Source of the DNA: Verrucomicrobiota bacterium
GTDB taxonomy: Bacteria > Verrucomicrobiota > Verrucomicrobiia > JABWAM01
Length of the DNA: 64,000 nt
Assembly (NCBI GenBank): GCA_013288215.1
Contig: JABDCI010000004.1
Location: 298 to 64,297 of the forward strand
Reading direction: 5' to 3'
The stretch's first letter is position 1; the number at the start of each line of letters is the position of its first letter. The notes beneath the pieces are model-generated. The model had not been told where the DNA came from and ran no database searches. It saw only the letters and a program-made list of their open reading frames with translations. This document shows positions 60,941 through 64,000 of the stretch, one piece after another. Position numbers and translations under genes: made by a program.

Positions 60941-62260
60941 CTATCGAACGACGGACATGGGGGGGATCGATTCTTCCGGGAGCACGTCCGCTCCCGGCAT
61001 TAACAGGGCACGGACTCCGATATGGGCGCCTTTTCCAACACGAACCGGCCGTTCTTTCCAGGTGATAGGAGATGTTTTTTCATCCCATCCCGCGGAATAG
61101 ATGGCGGCTTCCCGATCGATGATGGCGTTGGGACCTATTTCGATTTTTTCCCGGGCCCAGATTCGAACGCCGCGGGCAAGGATGCTTTGATCATGCAGCG
61201 TGAGATTCCAGGGGCATTCAATGTGAACGTAGGGCTCAATCCGGGGGACTCCAGAGACTGTCGCCCCGAACAGCTTGAGCAGTTTCAGTTTGATCGTATT
61301 AAAACGGCGGGAATTTAACGGAGAGATGAGAAACCAAAGCGCATCCCACAATGGGCGACGAAAACGATCGCGGAGGCATGCCTTCACAAGATTCCATGAA
61401 AGAAACCACCAATTTCGAGGATTGCAAAGAGCCATTTTCAGGAGAAGCCAGCGTGCCCCGTTGGAAGGATTGAGAATGGAAGGAGTTTGCCAGGTAGATC
61501 GGGTATCCTGATAGGCAGGCTCGCGCAACGCTTCGAAAAAACCACGAAACAGAGACTTTTTTTCCTGAATCTTGGAAGAGGTATTTCCACTTAAGCCCGA
61601 TTCACTGAGCCGAAAAACTGTCAGCGGTTCCGGCACGTAACAAAATCCATGCCGCATCGCCAGGATGTGGAGGGTGAACCAGTCGCTGTGCCATCGGAGT
61701 TCGGAACGGAATCCTCCGGCCCTCTTGAGCGCTTCGCTTCTCAAAAGAACGGCGTTGCAAGGAAAACCGAAATTTTCACGTTCGCGGATGAGTTGCAGGT
61801 ATTCCTCCGAACTGACAAAACGGGGGCTCTTCCCGAGATTCAGCTGTTGTTCGACAAAACGGTTTTTTCCGTCATTGAGGAGAAGACAGTCCGCGCAGCA
61901 GAAAGCCGCTTGCGAAAACTGTTCCAGCATCGCAAACGACTTGTCAAAAAATCCGTCCAATATCCAATCGTCCGCGGCGGCCGAATAAAAGTAGGGAGTG
62001 TCGAGCCGTTCCTGTGCGATGCGATGGGAATCAAAGATCCCGCCATGCTGGGACTTGGAAACGACTTCGACATGGGAATGTTCTCGTGTCAGGGAGCGGA
62101 TGGTTTCAAGACTGTCATCGTTCGACGCATCGTCCACAATCAGGATCTGGGCAAGCGGATTGGATTGTTGAAGAAGCGACGGAATGGATTTTGCGAGATG
62201 TCGAGCGTGGTTGTAAACCGGGAGAAAGACACCGATGGAACGCGCAGCCATGAGGATCAT
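60941..62260 (-). CDS. bifunctional GT2 glycosyltransferase / hexapeptide-repeat (WcaF-like) acetyltransferase fusion
   Basis: N-terminus VFLPVYNHARHL...IVDDASNDDS...AADD (GT-A). C-terminus LKLLKLFGATVSG...PWNLTLHD...GKGAHIG (left-handed beta-helix). Confidence 0.75.
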   Translation of the reverse strand: MILMAARSIGVFLPVYNHARHLAKSIPSLLQQSNPLAQILIVDDASNDDSLETIRSLTREHSHVEVVSKSQHGGIFDSHRIAQERLDTPYFYSAAADDWILDGFFDKSFAMLEQFSQAAFCCADCLLLNDGKNRFVEQQLNLGKSPRFVSSEEYLQLIRERENFGFPCNAVLLRSEALKRAGGFRSELRWHSDWFTLHILAMRHGFCYVPEPLTVFRLSESGLSGNTSSKIQEKKSLFRGFFEALREPAYQDTRSTWQTPSILNPSNGARWLLLKMALCNPRNWWFLSWNLVKACLRDRFRRPLWDALWFLISPLNSRRFNTIKLKLLKLFGATVSGVPRIEPYVHIECPWNLTLHDQSILARGVRIWAREKIEIGPNAIIDREAAIYSAGWDEKTSPITWKERPVRVGKGAHIGVRALLMPGADVLPEESIPPMSVVR

Positions 62261-62787
62261 GCATCGGTAACGGGCGTTGCAGACGGTATCACAACGGGAG
62301 TTTGAGGAGTGCCTCGACGATAGGCATGGTCTGATGCCGCGTGTCCATTTCGCTTAACGGGCTGAAAGTCGCCTTGTGAAGTGAGTTTCATGCCACGAAA
62401 AGAAAAGGGAGGAATGACTTCACCTTCTGCAACGAGGGAGCCGCCCCCTACAATGGCTCTCGCTCCAATAAAGGCCCAGTTGCCGATGACAATCGGTGCG
62501 GAATGCCAGCTTTCCGGTCCCGCGGTGCGCTCGCCACCATACCAGCCATCTGTCCGAATCATGGCTTCGATATCCACAATGGAATATTCGCCTATTTCGA
62601 CGCGATTTTTTCCATGAAGGTTGGCACCTTGGGCAAGGACGCAACCATACCGAAGGGCCAAGTTCCATGGAGTTTGGATGCGTACACGGGAATGAATTTG
62701 GACCCCTCGCGCAATCTGGGCTCCATACAACTTTAGGAAAAAACAACGAATGCCATTAGCGTACCGATAATTGAATGGTGAAATCAT
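62257..62787 (-). CDS. WcaF-like hexapeptide-repeat acetyltransferase. The ORF is open to 62823.
   Basis: FLKLYGAQIARGVQIHSRVRIQTPWNLAL...IGNWAFIGARAIV. Its stop overlaps the start of the downstream gene (ATGA). Confidence 0.75.
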   Translation of the reverse strand: MISPFNYRYANGIRCFFLKLYGAQIARGVQIHSRVRIQTPWNLALRYGCVLAQGANLHGKNRVEIGEYSIVDIEAMIRTDGWYGGERTAGPESWHSAPIVIGNWAFIGARAIVGGGSLVAEGEVIPPFSFRGMKLTSQGDFQPVKRNGHAASDHAYRRGTPQTPVVIPSATPVTDA

Positions 62788-63988
62788 GCGCCAGATGACA
62801 TTCCAACTTTTTTTGCCGCACAAAACGCAGAAAAGATCGGTTCATGGGATGACGCATTATAAACTTGGGAATGAACTTAGAAATGATCTTGGGAATGGTC
62901 TTGGGAATGATGTTCGATGCCCAGATCGGCACCCTTTCAGCAAAAGCCATCAACTTCTCTTTGAGCGGGCTCAAGAATTTCATGACACCAAGCTGCCAGT
63001 GGAAACTGCGGAGAATCGCGCTGACCACGCGTTGGGCCACGCGCTCCTGCTTTTTCCATGCCGTTCGATCCAGTTCGTCAGCATGAATGCGCACATTGTG
63101 ACGGAAGTAGTGGGAATGAATCCATCCAAGGTTCTTGCTCATGAAAAACCTTGCGATTTGGTTGGCGTATCCTTGAGGCGAGAAAAGGCGTTCGCTTTGC
63201 GGAATCGGATCAATCATGTAGCGTTCCGGCGCGAGCGTAAAAAGAACGCCTTCATCGCTATCCGTGATAATGTGATAGGCGTCTGCAGATGGAATGGCGC
63301 GCTCAATGTAGACATCGTCGAAGGTAATCTCAGGAAGAACATCCGGATTCATCGGCCACACGGCGACTGGAGAAAGACAATAATTTCGCGCCAAAAAGTT
63401 ATTCTTTCCCACCCACCAATAGAGCTCGGCAGAATAGACAAAATGGCGGCTTTCGATGAATTGGTTTTCGATAAAAGGATGAAGGTTTGCTACTGCAAGA
63501 CCGACCAATTCCCGCGGAGTCAAGCAAAGTGTGAGAGGGTTTTGTCCAAATCGTTCTTCCAGCAAGCGCAACACCGTTTCCTGCTTGATGCGCATGCCCT
63601 GAGTAACCACCGCGCGTTTGCCATTGCGGAAGGCTTTCAGAATGCATTCCCCGAGGTTGTTGGAAATGATGATATCTGCCAGCAACATCAAAATCGGAGC
63701 TTTTTCTCGATTCGCCTTAGCCAGAGCGTACCGCTGGCAGTCGTTCATCGTCATCGAGGGGTAGGGACGCCTTGGAAGCGTATCGATGAGGGGATTGAGA
63801 TGAATCGGAACAATCCGATTGGTTGCTTGGAAAGTCGGATGGGTGCGGATGTATTCAGCATCGACGCTTCGCGTGTAAATATCGAATGTCAGATCGGTTT
63901 CGCGTGCGAGGTAGGGGAGATTTCCGGGAGCTGCGAGAGCTGGAAGGGCTACGCGAAGCAAAAGATCGACGTAGGATTTGCCCCACAC
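62756..63988 (-). CDS. hypothetical protein, first gene of the acetyltransferase/GT operon
   Basis: 410-aa ORF with coding-like composition, co-directional and overlapping the next gene. C-terminal IPK(T/I) mini-repeats. No recognised domain. Confidence 0.5.
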   Translation of the reverse strand: MWGKSYVDLLLRVALPALAAPGNLPYLARETDLTFDIYTRSVDAEYIRTHPTFQATNRIVPIHLNPLIDTLPRRPYPSMTMNDCQRYALAKANREKAPILMLLADIIISNNLGECILKAFRNGKRAVVTQGMRIKQETVLRLLEERFGQNPLTLCLTPRELVGLAVANLHPFIENQFIESRHFVYSAELYWWVGKNNFLARNYCLSPVAVWPMNPDVLPEITFDDVYIERAIPSADAYHIITDSDEGVLFTLAPERYMIDPIPQSERLFSPQGYANQIARFFMSKNLGWIHSHYFRHNVRIHADELDRTAWKKQERVAQRVVSAILRSFHWQLGVMKFLSPLKEKLMAFAERVPIWASNIIPKTIPKIISKFIPKFIMRHPMNRSFLRFVRQKKLECHLAHDFTIQLSVR

Positions 63989-64000
63989 AACAAGAGAGGC

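Overview
This 64 kb window is a chromosomal segment, apparently from a Verrucomicrobia-type bacterium. The 16S gene carries the EUB338-III target sequence ACACCTACGGGTGGCAGC. Most of the window is annotated housekeeping; three or four stretches look accessory and are the places worth a second look. From 5' to 3' it holds:

- A three-gene non-ribosomal peptide synthetase (NRPS) line.
 - Gene 1 is 5'-partial and is a heterocyclisation-type Cy-A-PCP module with Cys-like A-domain hallmarks.
 - Gene 2 is C-A-PCP-TE.
 - Gene 3 is starter-C-A-PCP-TE.
 - Both thioesterase (TE) domains have an unusual GYCFGG motif with Cys in place of the nucleophilic Ser, plus a Gly7 tract.
 - The TE of gene 2 is split by a frame change exactly at a dnaX-like A-AAA-AAG slippery heptamer.
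- A large exopolysaccharide locus.
 - Glycosyltransferases: three GT4, one GT2 and one GT26.
 - A Wzy/O-antigen-ligase-like membrane protein.
 - A uridine-kinase-like P-loop kinase translationally coupled to an alkaline-phosphatase-superfamily phosphodiesterase.
 - A nucleotidyltransferase-fold protein.
 - An ExeA-like ATPase.
 - A Wzz-like protein with a degenerate BY-kinase domain.
 - Two Wza-type outer-membrane exporters.
- Core metabolism and housekeeping.
 - Metabolism: gabD/gabT, an AstE/AspA-family protein, pfkB, zwf-pgl and argS.
 - Regulation: a REC-HK-REC hybrid kinase, a cupin, an orphan ABC ATPase and ptsN.
 - Translation and transcription: rpsT-rpoZ-smpB.
- A complete rrn operon (16S, tRNA-Ile, tRNA-Ala, 23S, 5S) with a recognisable promoter, UP element and terminator.
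- An accessory-looking tail.
 - An AT-rich hypothetical ORF.
 - tRNA-Val, a lysine 2,3-aminomutase and an AmiC-type amidase.
 - tRNA-Cys followed by a zeta-toxin-like kinase with a 4-nt-overlapping small basic partner, a candidate toxin-antitoxin pair.
 - The conserved but biochemically uncharacterised circularly-permuted ATP-grasp / alpha-E / transglutaminase operon.
 - A large PATR-repeat autotransporter with a CBM-like head.
 - An ACP-FabZ fusion protein.
 - A GT2-acetyltransferase fusion with a second WcaF-like acetyltransferase and a hypothetical gene.

No CRISPR array, IS element or tmRNA was seen.
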